This document shows positions 45,375 through 55,709 of a DNA stretch of 64,000 nt, piece by piece. The stretch comes from a virus. The position numbers and the translations under genes were made by a program. The DNA is taken from IMG/VR virus record IMGVR_UViG_3300047284_000378. One strand, given 5' to 3'. Within the stretch, counting starts at the first letter, position 1. Each line of letters begins with the position of its first letter. The notes beneath the pieces are model-generated. The model did no database searches and was not told the origin of the DNA. It saw nothing but the letters and a program-made list of their open reading frames with translations.

Positions 45375-47840
45375 ATGGCCGTTACGTGGATTACTTCAGC
45401 AGGCGATCTAGGAACAATTACAGAAAGAGTTACCTTAGATATCCCTATGGCGGCTACATCACCTGCGGGTCCTGTGACCTTTTCATTGATCGCAGGAAAT
45501 CTTCCCCGAGGGTTGAAATTACTAAACGGAGCCATTAAAGGATCTCCAGTTGAAGTAAAAACATTTACCAAATACAAATTTGTTATCAGAGCCGAAGACG
45601 GAGAAGATCTAGAAGATAGAACATTTAGTCTATCAGTGGATGGTTCTGATGTTCCATATTGGCTGACCGCTGAGGGATTCCTTAAAGTAGGCGAGGGCGA
45701 CAACTACTTTGTTCTAGATAACGCATATGTCAATTTCCAACTAGAAGCAGACGACACTGATCTTAATGCCGGAGATGTCTTAGAATATTTTCTAGTACCT
45801 TCGGGGGGTGAACTTCCACCAGGTCTATCGCTGAGCAGGCAAGGATTGATTTCTGGATTTACAGATCCCGTGTTTTCTATAGATTACTTAGAAAATCAAA
45901 CAGGATCCTATGACACAGCAGCCTTTGACGTAGTACCTTTAGACCTAGCACAGAAAAGATCCAATGGTTTTGATTCTTTTCTCTACGACAATACTACCTA
46001 CGACTATAATGAGCCTAGTCGTAGTCCTAGAAGGCTCAGCAGATTTTATACTTTTGTTGTCGCGGTGTCAGACGGAATAAACGAAATAAGGCGAGTGTTT
46101 AGGATATGGGTAGTCACTGAAGAATTCCTAAAAGCTGATAATAATATACTAGAAGTCGATACTAATTTATTCAGAGCTGACAATACTGGAGACCGTGTTC
46201 CTCTATGGATTACAGAAAGTTATCTAGGAAGATTCAGAGCCAACAACTATGTTACCATTTATCTAGATGTATATGATCCACCTAGTTTACCGGGTACTAT
46301 CACATACTTCTTATTAGAAACAAATCCCGACGGCAGTTCTAGTCAATTACCGCCCGGCATGTCATTAGATACCATAACTGGTGAAATCGCAGGCCGTGTT
46401 CCTTATCAGGCAGCGGTAACCAAGACCTATCAATTCACCATGCAGGCAGTTAATTTCCCAGCGACACTTGCGGAAATTAATTATACCCTAGTCGGAGATT
46501 GGAGTTCTACAAGAATCTATAGAGTCAACGAAGCTGTTAGATACCAAGGATTTGTTTATATCTGTATACAGGATCATAGAAACGTACAACCAGTAGACGG
46601 AGAATACTGGAATCTAGGCGTTTCAACTTCTGAAAAAACATTTACCGTAGATGTTATCGGAGAAATCGAAAGTTCTATAGAATGGATTTCAGACAGTGAC
46701 AGAGGTATAATCAAACCCAATCAACCAAGTTTACTTATGGTCGAGGCAAGAAGTCTACTCTACGGTGGTAAGGTCGTCTACGAACTAGAGTCTGGTATAC
46801 TACCGCCTGGTCTAAGTTTACTGTCTACTGGTATCATACAGGGCAAGGTCAAACAGTTTGCCGATGATGCAGGTCCGGGACTGACTAGATTTTTTGACAG
46901 AGATTCTAGTCTAATAGATTCAACTGGTTCAGTTACCTACGACACGACCTTCGACGGGTCAGATACCAGCTTTGATCAGAAGTTTACGTTTTCTATCAAG
47001 GCCAGAGACACAGCAAACTTTGCAGAAAACATCAAAGATTTCTTTGTTACGGTCATAGCTAATAACACCAAGACATTCGCTAACCTATATGTCAAGGCTC
47101 TACAGACCAAACAGAAAAGACTAGATTGGTACAATTTCATCACTAATTCCAATATTTTTATCTCCGACGAAGTATACAGATATGGCGATGCGAACTTTGG
47201 TGTACAGTCCGAATTAAAGATGCTGCTGTTCGCAGGTATCGAAAGCACAGATGCAGTCAAGTATGTACAGGCCATGAGTAGGAATCACTATCGTAAACAA
47301 ATCAGATTCGGCGATGTAAAGTATGCTGTGGCCAACGATCCCGAAACACAGGATCCGATCTACGAAGTAATATATGTGGATGTTGTTGACGAGTACGAAG
47401 TAGAAGGAAAAAGCATTTCTAATCAGATAAATCTCGCAGATAATATCAACAGCAGAGTATTAGTAAGTTATGATGCTATCAGAGTTGACAGCGATATTCC
47501 GTTTGTCAGCGATAGAGACCATCAAAGAATATTTCCTAACTCTATTAAAAATATGAGAAACAGGATAAAAAGCATAGGACTATCAGACAGAGAATTTTTA
47601 CCTTTATGGATGCGCAGCATACAGCCCAGCAGTTTCGTAGAAACTGGATTTGTCAAGGCAGTGGTCTTATGCTATGTCAAACCAGGAAATTCCAAAGCGA
47701 TTTTGAGTAGAATCAAGAGCAACGGCTACGATTTTAAATCCATAGATTTTACCGTAGATCGCTATGTCATAGATATTCTTGACGGAGAAATAGAGGATAA
47801 ATATCTAGCATTTCCGCAACGTGGAGAAAAATTACCGTGA
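45375..47840 (+). CDS. Putative baseplate wedge protein with Ig-like (He_PIG-like) repeats
   Basis: Repeated LPxGLxL...G.I.G Ig motifs; located in the structural block. Confidence 0.65.
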   Translation: MAVTWITSAGDLGTITERVTLDIPMAATSPAGPVTFSLIAGNLPRGLKLLNGAIKGSPVEVKTFTKYKFVIRAEDGEDLEDRTFSLSVDGSDVPYWLTAEGFLKVGEGDNYFVLDNAYVNFQLEADDTDLNAGDVLEYFLVPSGGELPPGLSLSRQGLISGFTDPVFSIDYLENQTGSYDTAAFDVVPLDLAQKRSNGFDSFLYDNTTYDYNEPSRSPRRLSRFYTFVVAVSDGINEIRRVFRIWVVTEEFLKADNNILEVDTNLFRADNTGDRVPLWITESYLGRFRANNYVTIYLDVYDPPSLPGTITYFLLETNPDGSSSQLPPGMSLDTITGEIAGRVPYQAAVTKTYQFTMQAVNFPATLAEINYTLVGDWSSTRIYRVNEAVRYQGFVYICIQDHRNVQPVDGEYWNLGVSTSEKTFTVDVIGEIESSIEWISDSDRGIIKPNQPSLLMVEARSLLYGGKVVYELESGILPPGLSLLSTGIIQGKVKQFADDAGPGLTRFFDRDSSLIDSTGSVTYDTTFDGSDTSFDQKFTFSIKARDTANFAENIKDFFVTVIANNTKTFANLYVKALQTKQKRLDWYNFITNSNIFISDEVYRYGDANFGVQSELKMLLFAGIESTDAVKYVQAMSRNHYRKQIRFGDVKYAVANDPETQDPIYEVIYVDVVDEYEVEGKSISNQINLADNINSRVLVSYDAIRVDSDIPFVSDRDHQRIFPNSIKNMRNRIKSIGLSDREFLPLWMRSIQPSSFVETGFVKAVVLCYVKPGNSKAILSRIKSNGYDFKSIDFTVDRYVIDILDGEIEDKYLAFPQRGEKLP

Positions 47841-48424
47841 CCAGCAATATAAATTTCGCAGCAATCAATGAAAACTTCCCTGTGGCAGGGCAGGATAACG
47901 ACACACAGGTGTTCAGAGATAATTTTGATACAATCAAAACTAACTTTCAAACAGCCTACACAGAAATCACCGACCTACAGACCAACGTAGCTAGAACTGA
48001 TTTAGACAACGATTTTAATTGGAAGATACAGAATCGTGCTGTTTTCCAAAATACCTACGAAGCCAAATTCGACGGCGGAACTATCACTACACCTCTAGTG
48101 GTAGATTTTGAAAACGGTAGCTATCAGATTTTTAGATTTGGTGCTAATACCACTGTAGAATTTTTAAATTTTCCAGACGACGATACTATTCCAGCTAGTC
48201 TAGGCAAGGTCACACTAGAACTATATGGAGACGGTACATCTAGAACCATTACATTTACCACTTCCGGCGGAACTGTTCTTAAGAAATCTGCAGATTTTCC
48301 TGCACCATTTACAGTTATTAACTCAGAGGTTGCGGGCGGTGGTGGAAATCCCATACTCATCGAAGTATGGCGTCATAAAACTGATAGAATTTTCTTAAAC
48401 TATCTAGGCACATTCAGTTCATAA
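47837..48424 (+). CDS. Putative structural protein
   Basis: GTGA overlap; FPVAGQDNDTQVFRDNF N-terminus. Confidence 0.6.
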   Translation: MTSNINFAAINENFPVAGQDNDTQVFRDNFDTIKTNFQTAYTEITDLQTNVARTDLDNDFNWKIQNRAVFQNTYEAKFDGGTITTPLVVDFENGSYQIFRFGANTTVEFLNFPDDDTIPASLGKVTLELYGDGTSRTITFTTSGGTVLKKSADFPAPFTVINSEVAGGGGNPILIEVWRHKTDRIFLNYLGTFSS

Positions 48425-48660
48425 TGTTTCACCCCTTAGAAGAAGATCTATCCAAACTCACGGACTCTGAAGTAGAACAAAGAGTCCAAGATTTATCTAG
48501 AAAATACTTTGCAGCCCAACGTTTAGGGAAACCTGAACTATTGACACAGATCGCTACTTTTGTTACAATATACAGAGAAGAAATGTCAAAGCGTTATAGA
48601 GAAAAAACTAAAAACGAGCTAGACGGCGATTTGGATCAATTAATAAATGTCAATAACTAA
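48424..48660 (+). CDS. Hypothetical protein
   Basis: 78-aa coupled ORF. Confidence 0.65.
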   Translation: MFHPLEEDLSKLTDSEVEQRVQDLSRKYFAAQRLGKPELLTQIATFVTIYREEMSKRYREKTKNELDGDLDQLINVNN

Positions 48661-49126
48661 ACAATCAGAAAACGATCTAATAGAAGGGGTCCTACGGCAT
48701 GGCCCAAAAATCATAGAACGATGTTTAGCTGATCCCAACGACATTTTCTCTTATCTACAGAGAATAAATCAAGAACATCTGAGATATCCTGTTCCTAAAG
48801 ATCAGTTAGATACTAGCCGCTGGTATATCCCCACAGAGTACGAAGAAATGGACATAGAGGGTTATTTGATCAGTCAATGTCCCAAAGAAAACTATGAGCG
48901 ATTAATACAAGAAATTTCGCTATATAAACAGCACAATATGTTAATGGTTTTAAAAACCATGAAATATGTTATGGACACACTGAGATCTCAAGGTATCGTA
49001 TGGGGTGTAGGACGTGGATCAAGTGTAGCCAGTTATGCGCTCTATTTACTGGGTGTCCACAAGATCGACAGTGTTAAATACAGCTTACCAATAGAAGAAT
49101 TCTTTAAAGGAGATCAAAATGGGTAA
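48647..49126 (+). CDS. Stand-alone fragment of DNA polymerase III alpha subunit (C-family)
   Basis: ERLIQEI...GVGRGSSVASYALYLLGVHKIDSVKYSLPIEEFF matches the DnaE GRGS region; ends before the PDxDxD catalytic motif. Confidence 0.75.
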   Translation: MSITKQSENDLIEGVLRHGPKIIERCLADPNDIFSYLQRINQEHLRYPVPKDQLDTSRWYIPTEYEEMDIEGYLISQCPKENYERLIQEISLYKQHNMLMVLKTMKYVMDTLRSQGIVWGVGRGSSVASYALYLLGVHKIDSVKYSLPIEEFFKGDQNG

Positions 49127-49349
49127 AACACATACAAGCATGCAGGGCAAAGAAATTGATATGGAAAAACTAAACCTAATCAACGAACTAACTCCTGCGA
49201 TCGGTAACATGAAAGTCAATGCCAGAGGGGACGAACTAGGTCCTGGTGGCAAAATCGTGCGCACGAGAGAACAGATCCTCCAGGACTACTATCAAAATAA
49301 TCCTAGAGCCATAAAAGAAGAAATCGCAACTCGAGGCAGCAAGAGGTAA
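49119..49349 (+). CDS. Hypothetical protein
   Basis: SD AAGGAG; GNMKVNARGDELGPGG. Confidence 0.7.
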   Translation: MGKTHTSMQGKEIDMEKLNLINELTPAIGNMKVNARGDELGPGGKIVRTREQILQDYYQNNPRAIKEEIATRGSKR

Positions 49350-49352
49350 TAC

Positions 49353-49712
49353 ATGTCAACAGCCTATGATGTCAAGCATGTCAAAATCAAAGCGATCCAC
49401 GATTGGGTCATTGTTTCCGACATGGATTTTGGAGAGATAACCACTGCTGCCGGTATTGTCTTAAGATCAGACAATGGTCAAGCACATGGCGTAAAACCAA
49501 GATGGGGTCGAGTCTACTGCGTAGGTCCCAAACAAACCGATGTAAAAGTTGGCGATTGGATTCTAATCGAACACGGACGTTGGACCAGAGCCATGCACAT
49601 CAATGACGGTGAACGAGAACTCAAAGTACACAGAGTCGACACCAATGGTATCATGGCTATTTCGGATACTGCTCCGAGTGCAGAAGATATCCTCATAGGA
49701 AATTCGGTCTAA
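49353..49712 (+). CDS. groES: Co-chaperonin GroES-like protein
   Basis: IKAIHDWVIV, TTAAGIVL, GRVYCVGP and VKVGDWIL. Confidence 0.85.
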   Translation: MSTAYDVKHVKIKAIHDWVIVSDMDFGEITTAAGIVLRSDNGQAHGVKPRWGRVYCVGPKQTDVKVGDWILIEHGRWTRAMHINDGERELKVHRVDTNGIMAISDTAPSAEDILIGNSV

Positions 49713-49951
49713 TGGGTTTTAGAAAAAGCTGGGATGCTGCTGATATAGCCAATCAGATTCATGCGCTATCTCGTGAGTGTTCCAGCATGTACAACGATGG
49801 ATTTACATCTTTCGAATATAAAAAAGATCTATATCAACTTAAAAAAATCGTCGACGACGCTCTAGCAGAAGCTCCAGATTTTGGAGAAATAGAAAAACAG
49901 TGGTTGACAGAACAAGAAAAAAAGCGTATCATTAAGATTCTAAAATCTTAA
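49712..49951 (+). CDS. Hypothetical protein
   Basis: 79-aa coupled ORF. Confidence 0.65.
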   Translation: MGFRKSWDAADIANQIHALSRECSSMYNDGFTSFEYKKDLYQLKKIVDDALAEAPDFGEIEKQWLTEQEKKRIIKILKS

Positions 49952-49960
49952 GGAGATACG

Positions 49961-50365
49961 ATGACTAACCCCTTCCGCGACCAAGAAAAGTTCATGCGGG
50001 CCTGCGACCAAAGTGTTGATGGTTGGAATCTAGAACAATTTAATCTCTACGTCAAGTTGATTGACGAAGAATACAATGACGAATTAAAAGCAGCTATCGC
50101 CAATTGCGATCCTGTTGAAATCGTAGATGCATTGACCGACATATTGGTGGTCACTATCGGCGCATTGCACAGTATGGGTGCGGATGCTGAAGGTGCATGG
50201 AAAGAAGTCATGCGCACTAACTTTGCCAAGATCGATAAGGAAACTGGCAAGGTACGCAAGCGTGAAGATGGCAAGGTGCTCAAACCCCTAGGCTGGGAAC
50301 CTCCCAATCTCAAAAATTTTACCAATAAAGAAACATCATTGCTCAAGCAAGGACTAGAAGGATGA
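49961..50365 (+). CDS. MazG-superfamily NTP pyrophosphohydrolase (PRA-PH-like)
   Basis: LIDEEY...EIVDALTDILVV...EVMRTNFAK...DGKVLKP. Confidence 0.85.
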   Translation: MTNPFRDQEKFMRACDQSVDGWNLEQFNLYVKLIDEEYNDELKAAIANCDPVEIVDALTDILVVTIGALHSMGADAEGAWKEVMRTNFAKIDKETGKVRKREDGKVLKPLGWEPPNLKNFTNKETSLLKQGLEG

Positions 50366-50802
50366 AGATCGGTTTTACCTGTTCAACCTTTGATCTGTTT
50401 CATGCAGGTCATATAATGATGCTCAAAGAAGCCAAGACGCAATGCGATCATTTGATAGTGGGATTACAAACAGATCCAACTATCGATCGGCCGGGTATCA
50501 AAAATAAACCCGTTCAATCAGTATTTGAACGCTACGAACAACTCAAGGCCTGCAAGTATGTAGACGAAATTCTTGTCTACGAAACAGAAGAAGATCTTGT
50601 AAACATCTTGCTTTCATATCCTATTAATGTTAGAATACTAGGACAAGAGTACGAACACGAAGATTTTACAGGTAGACATGAATGTATGATGCGCTGCATT
50701 GAATTTTATTTCAACAAACGCGAACATAACTTTTCAACCAGTGAATTACGTCAGCGAGTGATCGCCGCAGAGATAGATAAAAAATTAAAAGGTGAAGTAT
50801 GA
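50362..50802 (+). CDS. Cytidylyltransferase (TagD-like)
   Basis: FDLFHAGH (HIGH-like), LIVGL, ERYEQL and FSTSELR. Confidence 0.9.
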   Translation: MKIGFTCSTFDLFHAGHIMMLKEAKTQCDHLIVGLQTDPTIDRPGIKNKPVQSVFERYEQLKACKYVDEILVYETEEDLVNILLSYPINVRILGQEYEHEDFTGRHECMMRCIEFYFNKREHNFSTSELRQRVIAAEIDKKLKGEV

Positions 50803-51002
50803 CGATGGATCAAGCGGCTGTGTTTTTGGCCTGTAGTATTTTAGTAGGTATAGCCGCGATAATTATTTTTTCCACTGTCCTGATCGTGAATAATCTACTT
50901 CATAAGTATTGGAAGCCTTTTAATCTTTATCGAATAGTAGATCCGAATTCTAGATTCGCCTACCCAGAAGAATTAGACACACTCAATAAGGATAAAAAAT
51001 GA
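50799..51002 (+). CDS. Small membrane protein
   Basis: One hydrophobic helix; ATGA overlaps at both ends. Confidence 0.6.
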   Translation: MTMDQAAVFLACSILVGIAAIIIFSTVLIVNNLLHKYWKPFNLYRIVDPNSRFAYPEELDTLNKDKK

Positions 51003-51913
51003 AAGAACTATGGGTTGAAAAATATCGACCTAAAAGCATAGAAGGTTATGTTTTCAGAGACGACCATCAACGTAAACAGATCGAAACGTGGATCAAAGAT
51101 CAAAGTATTCCGCATCTGCTGCTTAGTGGTAGTGCGGGTATCGGAAAAACTACCCTGGCAAAAATACTCATACACGAACTGGGCATCGAAGATTATGATG
51201 TCCTAGAGATCAACGCTAGTCGCACAAACTCCGTAGAAGATGTCAGAGACAAGATCACAAACTTCGTGCAGATGATTCCGTTCGGACCCTTTAAGGTAGT
51301 GCTATTAGATGAAGCAGATTACTTATCCCCCAATGCCCAGGCCGCTCTACGTGGTGTTATGGAAGAATATCACGCAACCGCTAGATTTGTTCTTACTTGC
51401 AATTATCCTAATAGGATCATTCCTGCCATCCATTCTAGGTGTCAAGGATTTCACGTTGAACGGACTGATATCACTGAGTTTACTGCCCGTGTCGCTACTA
51501 TTTTGGTCGAGGAAGCTGTAGAGTTTGATCTTGATACACTAGATAACTATGTCAAGGTCACATATCCCGATCTGCGTAAATGTATTAATCTGGTACAACA
51601 AAATGTCAACGAAGGTAAGTTGAACCCTCCTAATAAGGGAGACAGCGGAGAAGCTGATTGGAAGTTTGACATGGTTGAACTTTTCAAGGCAGGTAAAATT
51701 CAAGAAGCACGTAAACTACTCTGTGGTAAACTACGTGCTGAAGAAATGGAAGAAGTCTATCGTTGGCTCTATGACAACATCGACATATTTGGCAGCGAGG
51801 ATAATCAAGACAAGGCCATATTGATCATCAAGCAAGGTCTTGTAGATCATACGTTGGTTGTTGATTCCGAGATTAACCTAGCTGCTGTACTGATTAAATT
51901 GGCCAGACTCTAA
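50999..51913 (+). CDS. Sliding-clamp loader subunit (T4 gp44 / RFC small subunit-like)
   Basis: [35 protein letters not shown] and DLRKCIN. Confidence 0.93.
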   Translation: MKELWVEKYRPKSIEGYVFRDDHQRKQIETWIKDQSIPHLLLSGSAGIGKTTLAKILIHELGIEDYDVLEINASRTNSVEDVRDKITNFVQMIPFGPFKVVLLDEADYLSPNAQAALRGVMEEYHATARFVLTCNYPNRIIPAIHSRCQGFHVERTDITEFTARVATILVEEAVEFDLDTLDNYVKVTYPDLRKCINLVQQNVNEGKLNPPNKGDSGEADWKFDMVELFKAGKIQEARKLLCGKLRAEEMEEVYRWLYDNIDIFGSEDNQDKAILIIKQGLVDHTLVVDSEINLAAVLIKLARL

Positions 51914-52236
51914 TGAGCTATCTAGTTACTGAAAACTGTATCAAGTGTAAACATACTGATTGTGTCAATGTATGTCCTGTGGACTGTTTCTACGAAGGAC
52001 CAAATTTTCTCGCCATCAATCCTGACGAATGTATAGACTGCGGAGTCTGTGTTCCCGAATGCCCTATTGATGCTATCAAGTCTGATTCAGATAAAACCAT
52101 CGATGGAATTTTTTGGACAGACCTTAATCGAAAACTCAGTCTTAAATGGCCTAATATAACTAGGTCTAAATCTCCATTGCCTGATCATAAAGAGTGGACA
52201 GATAAGCCCGATAAGCTCCAGCATCTAGAAGAATGA
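51913..52236 (+). CDS. fdxA: 7Fe ferredoxin (FdxA-type)
   Basis: [21 protein letters not shown] and [12 protein letters not shown]. Confidence 0.93.
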   Translation: MSYLVTENCIKCKHTDCVNVCPVDCFYEGPNFLAINPDECIDCGVCVPECPIDAIKSDSDKTIDGIFWTDLNRKLSLKWPNITRSKSPLPDHKEWTDKPDKLQHLEE

Positions 52237-52721
52237 CCGATAAAGAAAGCAATGTCGCCAAAGGCAAAGACAGCTACGATGCCAACATCGGAGACAGTCT
52301 AGTAGCTTTCTTTAATCGAAATGTCACTGCCTATCCCACTGAGGTAGGTGGTCCTGCTTTTGATTTAATTCCTGTAGAAAAACAAAAAGATATCATGATA
52401 AATGTTGCTCGTATGCACGGGCAACAGGAATATAATCGTATCATGGAACTTGTTGTTGTTTTGCAAAAACAAGCAGCCAGTATCAAACGTAGATTAGAAA
52501 TCACAGACTGGGTTCATGCTGCCAAGTATCAGTTTCAGATCGCTCACGGTCAATGCTATTGGCTAGCCTTCGACACAAGAAAAGGCGGAACTCTACTGAC
52601 CATGCATGGTCCAAACGACTGGAGTACTGGTGTACCCGATAACTACGATTACATCTGTAGAGTAAAATGGTTAGGTGATTATACCTGGATGGAAGTAGAC
52701 GAAGAAGGAAATCCCATATAA
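52233..52721 (+). CDS. Hypothetical protein (possibly DUF2452-like)
   Basis: [10 protein letters not shown]...YQF; family call from memory and unverified. Confidence 0.55.
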   Translation: MTDKESNVAKGKDSYDANIGDSLVAFFNRNVTAYPTEVGGPAFDLIPVEKQKDIMINVARMHGQQEYNRIMELVVVLQKQAASIKRRLEITDWVHAAKYQFQIAHGQCYWLAFDTRKGGTLLTMHGPNDWSTGVPDNYDYICRVKWLGDYTWMEVDEEGNPI

Positions 52722-52957
52722 TGAGATATATGATCGTGACCTATATCAAAAGGCCCGACGGCAAGTATGACGAACTTACCGAGTTTAAAAATAGTGTGAA
52801 ACTAAAACACTATCAAAGTGCCAAGGTAATTCTTGACTTCAAGAAAAAACAATGTTTAAAAAACGGTCTAAATTCTCAAGCATCATATCACGACATGATC
52901 GAGTTTTATAAGAGAATGCTAGGGGATCGTTTGACCCCCTACCTCCCTAAAGATTAA
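52721..52957 (+). CDS. Hypothetical protein
   Basis: 78-aa coupled ORF. Confidence 0.65.
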   Translation: MRYMIVTYIKRPDGKYDELTEFKNSVKLKHYQSAKVILDFKKKQCLKNGLNSQASYHDMIEFYKRMLGDRLTPYLPKD

Positions 52958-53685
52958 GAATCACCGTAGATTGCTAAGATCTCCTTTACCGCCTCGTGGC
53001 GTTCAATGTCACCTATGTCAAAGTGACAAATATCAACATATCTATGATTTGCAAAGTTGTTATACAACTTGAGGAACTCTAACAGACCATTATTTGATGG
53101 TCGGTCTGCTTGTTGCAAATCACCCGTTACGATCATCTTCGATCCTTGACCTAACCTAGTAAGCAGCATTTTCATTTGACTAGGTGTAGCGTTCTGCATT
53201 TCATCAGCTATGATGACTGCGTTCTTGAATGTTCGGCCTCTCATATATGCTAGAGGACTGGTTTCAATCACCCCCTCGGTTATCATGTTAGTAATTTCTC
53301 TAGCATTGTAGTTTTCAGAGAAAACGTCCATTATAGGCTTAGTCCAGGGCTCCATCTTTTGATTAAGATCTCCAGGTAAAAACCCATGTTGTTCATCTAC
53401 TGAGACTGCGGGTCTTGTAATAACGATCTTAGTAGCTTCTCCATACTTGAGCTGATCTATAGCCCACTGTACCGCCAGCATTGTTTTACCCGTGCCGGCA
53501 GGACCTATGGCAAAAACAATCATTTTTTGCTGGTCATTTAGCTTGAGTAAGTACGATTCTTGGTTGAGGTTTTTAGGATAGATCTGGATTCTAGGTCTAC
53601 GTTGATGGGGTTTTTCTACTAATTTTATTACATTAGACTCTTCTTGATAAGAGTTAGCCTTCAGTGCTGCTCTTCGTCTTTTCAT
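52954..53685 (-). CDS. phoH: PhoH-like ATPase
   Basis: GPAGTGKT, ITRPAV, GFLPGD, PLAYMRGRT, ADEMQN, LTRLG and GDLQQ. Confidence 0.95.
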   Translation of the reverse strand: MKRRRAALKANSYQEESNVIKLVEKPHQRRPRIQIYPKNLNQESYLLKLNDQQKMIVFAIGPAGTGKTMLAVQWAIDQLKYGEATKIVITRPAVSVDEQHGFLPGDLNQKMEPWTKPIMDVFSENYNAREITNMITEGVIETSPLAYMRGRTFKNAVIIADEMQNATPSQMKMLLTRLGQGSKMIVTGDLQQADRPSNNGLLEFLKLYNNFANHRYVDICHFDIGDIERHEAVKEILAIYGDS

Positions 53686-53829
53686 ATAAGGTTAGCCCTC
53701 CTTTTTAAGTGCTAGGCACGGACCTTTGACCGTTGTGCCCGTACCGAGCACATGAGTATTTAACAGTCTGGGCAAAAATTTAAATGATATGTTTAAGTTT
53801 TTGACTGATAAATACATTTGGGAGAAATT

Positions 53830-54360
53830 ATGGCTGATATTAAAGACATTATTAGTAACATAGAACAGATCTACGGCTCTAACAATAGCTTAAATTTGCT
53901 CAAAGATTTTGAGAGAGTTATAGATGAGTTAGATATCTATGTCTACGACAACTGGCTAGACGGAGAGCTAGTTGCAGGGCCCAGAGAATCACGCTATTTC
54001 GTAGAATGCACGTTCATGTGGCCTAAAGAAAATATGCCAGAGCCCAAGGGCGGTGTTAGATTATTAGACTACGGATGCAAAGTTCAGATCGCGGAATCAA
54101 AGCTGGCCAAGGTTCGTAGAATTAAAAAACCCGACGACATACGTCCTGGAACTAAAAAAGGAAAAATAGATCACGAAGATATCTGGTTGGTCAAGATAAC
54201 TATTCCTAAAAAATTAATGAATGATATCAATCGAGGATATAGGAATCTCGATAAGAATAAAGTTGAAGATATACTGAATCTCAGTGGTGTAGTTTCTCAA
54301 ACTACTGATCAAACCGCAGCAGCACAGGAAACAGCAAATGCAGAACAACCAGCAGCTTAA
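53830..54360 (+). CDS. Hypothetical protein
   Basis: TAAATA 53809-53814; SD GGAG. Confidence 0.75.
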   Translation: MADIKDIISNIEQIYGSNNSLNLLKDFERVIDELDIYVYDNWLDGELVAGPRESRYFVECTFMWPKENMPEPKGGVRLLDYGCKVQIAESKLAKVRRIKKPDDIRPGTKKGKIDHEDIWLVKITIPKKLMNDINRGYRNLDKNKVEDILNLSGVVSQTTDQTAAAQETANAEQPAA

Positions 54361-55081
54361 TGAAGGTCTGAGATCTAAGGATCTCGAAAACATGATCAAA
54401 CCTCTATTGACCATAGATACTTTTAGATCTAAGATGGGGGAGGATCGTGATGTCTGTGTTGTCAGTGTTGTGGCCAAAGACCGTAATCCTGCTAAAGACC
54501 TAATGGAATTTATCGAGAAAGGTTATAACTTCGTTTTAGATTCAGATGTTGCTTCGGGAGAAAATACTGACGGCGAATATGTAGTTTTTATAGAGTTGGC
54601 CAGAACACCTGAGCTCGCTGAACAAATACGAGAACTTACCTACGGTATTAAGAAACTCACAGGCATGAACGAATTTAAATTCAAGTATCATAAAAAAGAA
54701 GGCGTCCACGATCTTACAGAAGAAAGTTTAAAATCAGTGATACCTGCTACTCCTAGCATGTATGATAGCTTTCTCAATAATGTCAAGACAGAAGAAGTGA
54801 AAAAATTCTTTAGTAAGACGCTAATGGACGATCTCAAATTAGATAAGGATATCATTACCATATACAAACCATTTGATAAGGTACTGAAATTTAAAATTGT
54901 AGATGAGTCAGATTCTGTACTAGAAAATATCGAAGGACCTGTGTCTATCGATGACAAATCTATGAGTGAAATTTTTTGGTTGACTAAAGTATTAGGCGAC
55001 TATGGCATCAACAAAGTTGATCAAAATTTTGTTTTGCATAACGGAAAACAAACTATGTTATTACAAAGGATCGAACAATGA
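54338..55081 (+). CDS. Hypothetical protein
   Basis: 247-aa operon ORF. Confidence 0.75.
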   Translation: MQNNQQLNEGLRSKDLENMIKPLLTIDTFRSKMGEDRDVCVVSVVAKDRNPAKDLMEFIEKGYNFVLDSDVASGENTDGEYVVFIELARTPELAEQIRELTYGIKKLTGMNEFKFKYHKKEGVHDLTEESLKSVIPATPSMYDSFLNNVKTEEVKKFFSKTLMDDLKLDKDIITIYKPFDKVLKFKIVDESDSVLENIEGPVSIDDKSMSEIFWLTKVLGDYGINKVDQNFVLHNGKQTMLLQRIEQ

Positions 55082-55707
55082 GTTTTACATTCAACTTCAG
55101 CAGAGAACAATTAAAGGAAATGATTCCAAAGAACCCCTATATCGATCAATGGTATCAGGCTCTTTCAGAAATACTACCGGAGTACGGAATCAATACTCCA
55201 CAGCGTGTAGCAGCTTTTCTAGCACAGTGCGCCCATGAATCCGGTGGCTTTGTTTTCTTGAAAGAAAACTTAAACTACAAGGCAGCAAGCCTACGCAAGG
55301 TATTTCCTAAGTATTTTCCAGATGATGCAACCGCTGCGGCATACGCTAACAAGCCAGAAATGATCGCCAACAGAGTCTATGCGAATCGTATGGGCAACGG
55401 AGACGAGGCTTCAGGAGATGGCTTCCGTTACTGCGGTCGTGGATTGATTCAATTAACCGGTAAAGACAACTATACATTCTTTGCTGCGTCTTTAGATATT
55501 CCTGTTGAAGAAGCCAGCGAATATCTGCAGACATTCGAAGGTGCTGTACAGTCGGCCTGTTTCTTCTGGGAGCAGAACAATTTGAATACCTGGGCAGACA
55601 AAGGTGATATCCTTACATTGACCAAACGCATCAATGGTGGTACCATTGGTTTAGAAGATCGTATCAAACATTATAACCACGCATTACATATCTTTGGAGC
55701 ACACTAA
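55078..55707 (+). CDS. Endolysin, glycoside hydrolase family 19
   Basis: AAFLAQCAHES, ENLNY, YANRMGNG, GRGLIQLTG, NY and INGG. Confidence 0.92.
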   Translation: MSFTFNFSREQLKEMIPKNPYIDQWYQALSEILPEYGINTPQRVAAFLAQCAHESGGFVFLKENLNYKAASLRKVFPKYFPDDATAAAYANKPEMIANRVYANRMGNGDEASGDGFRYCGRGLIQLTGKDNYTFFAASLDIPVEEASEYLQTFEGAVQSACFFWEQNNLNTWADKGDILTLTKRINGGTIGLEDRIKHYNHALHIFGAH

Positions 55708-55709
55708 TC

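Noticed and set aside
53700-53755. c-di-GMP-I riboswitch in the phoH leader
   Set aside because: Only a superficial GGGCA match; the GNRA tetraloop/receptor pair and two-stem layout are absent.
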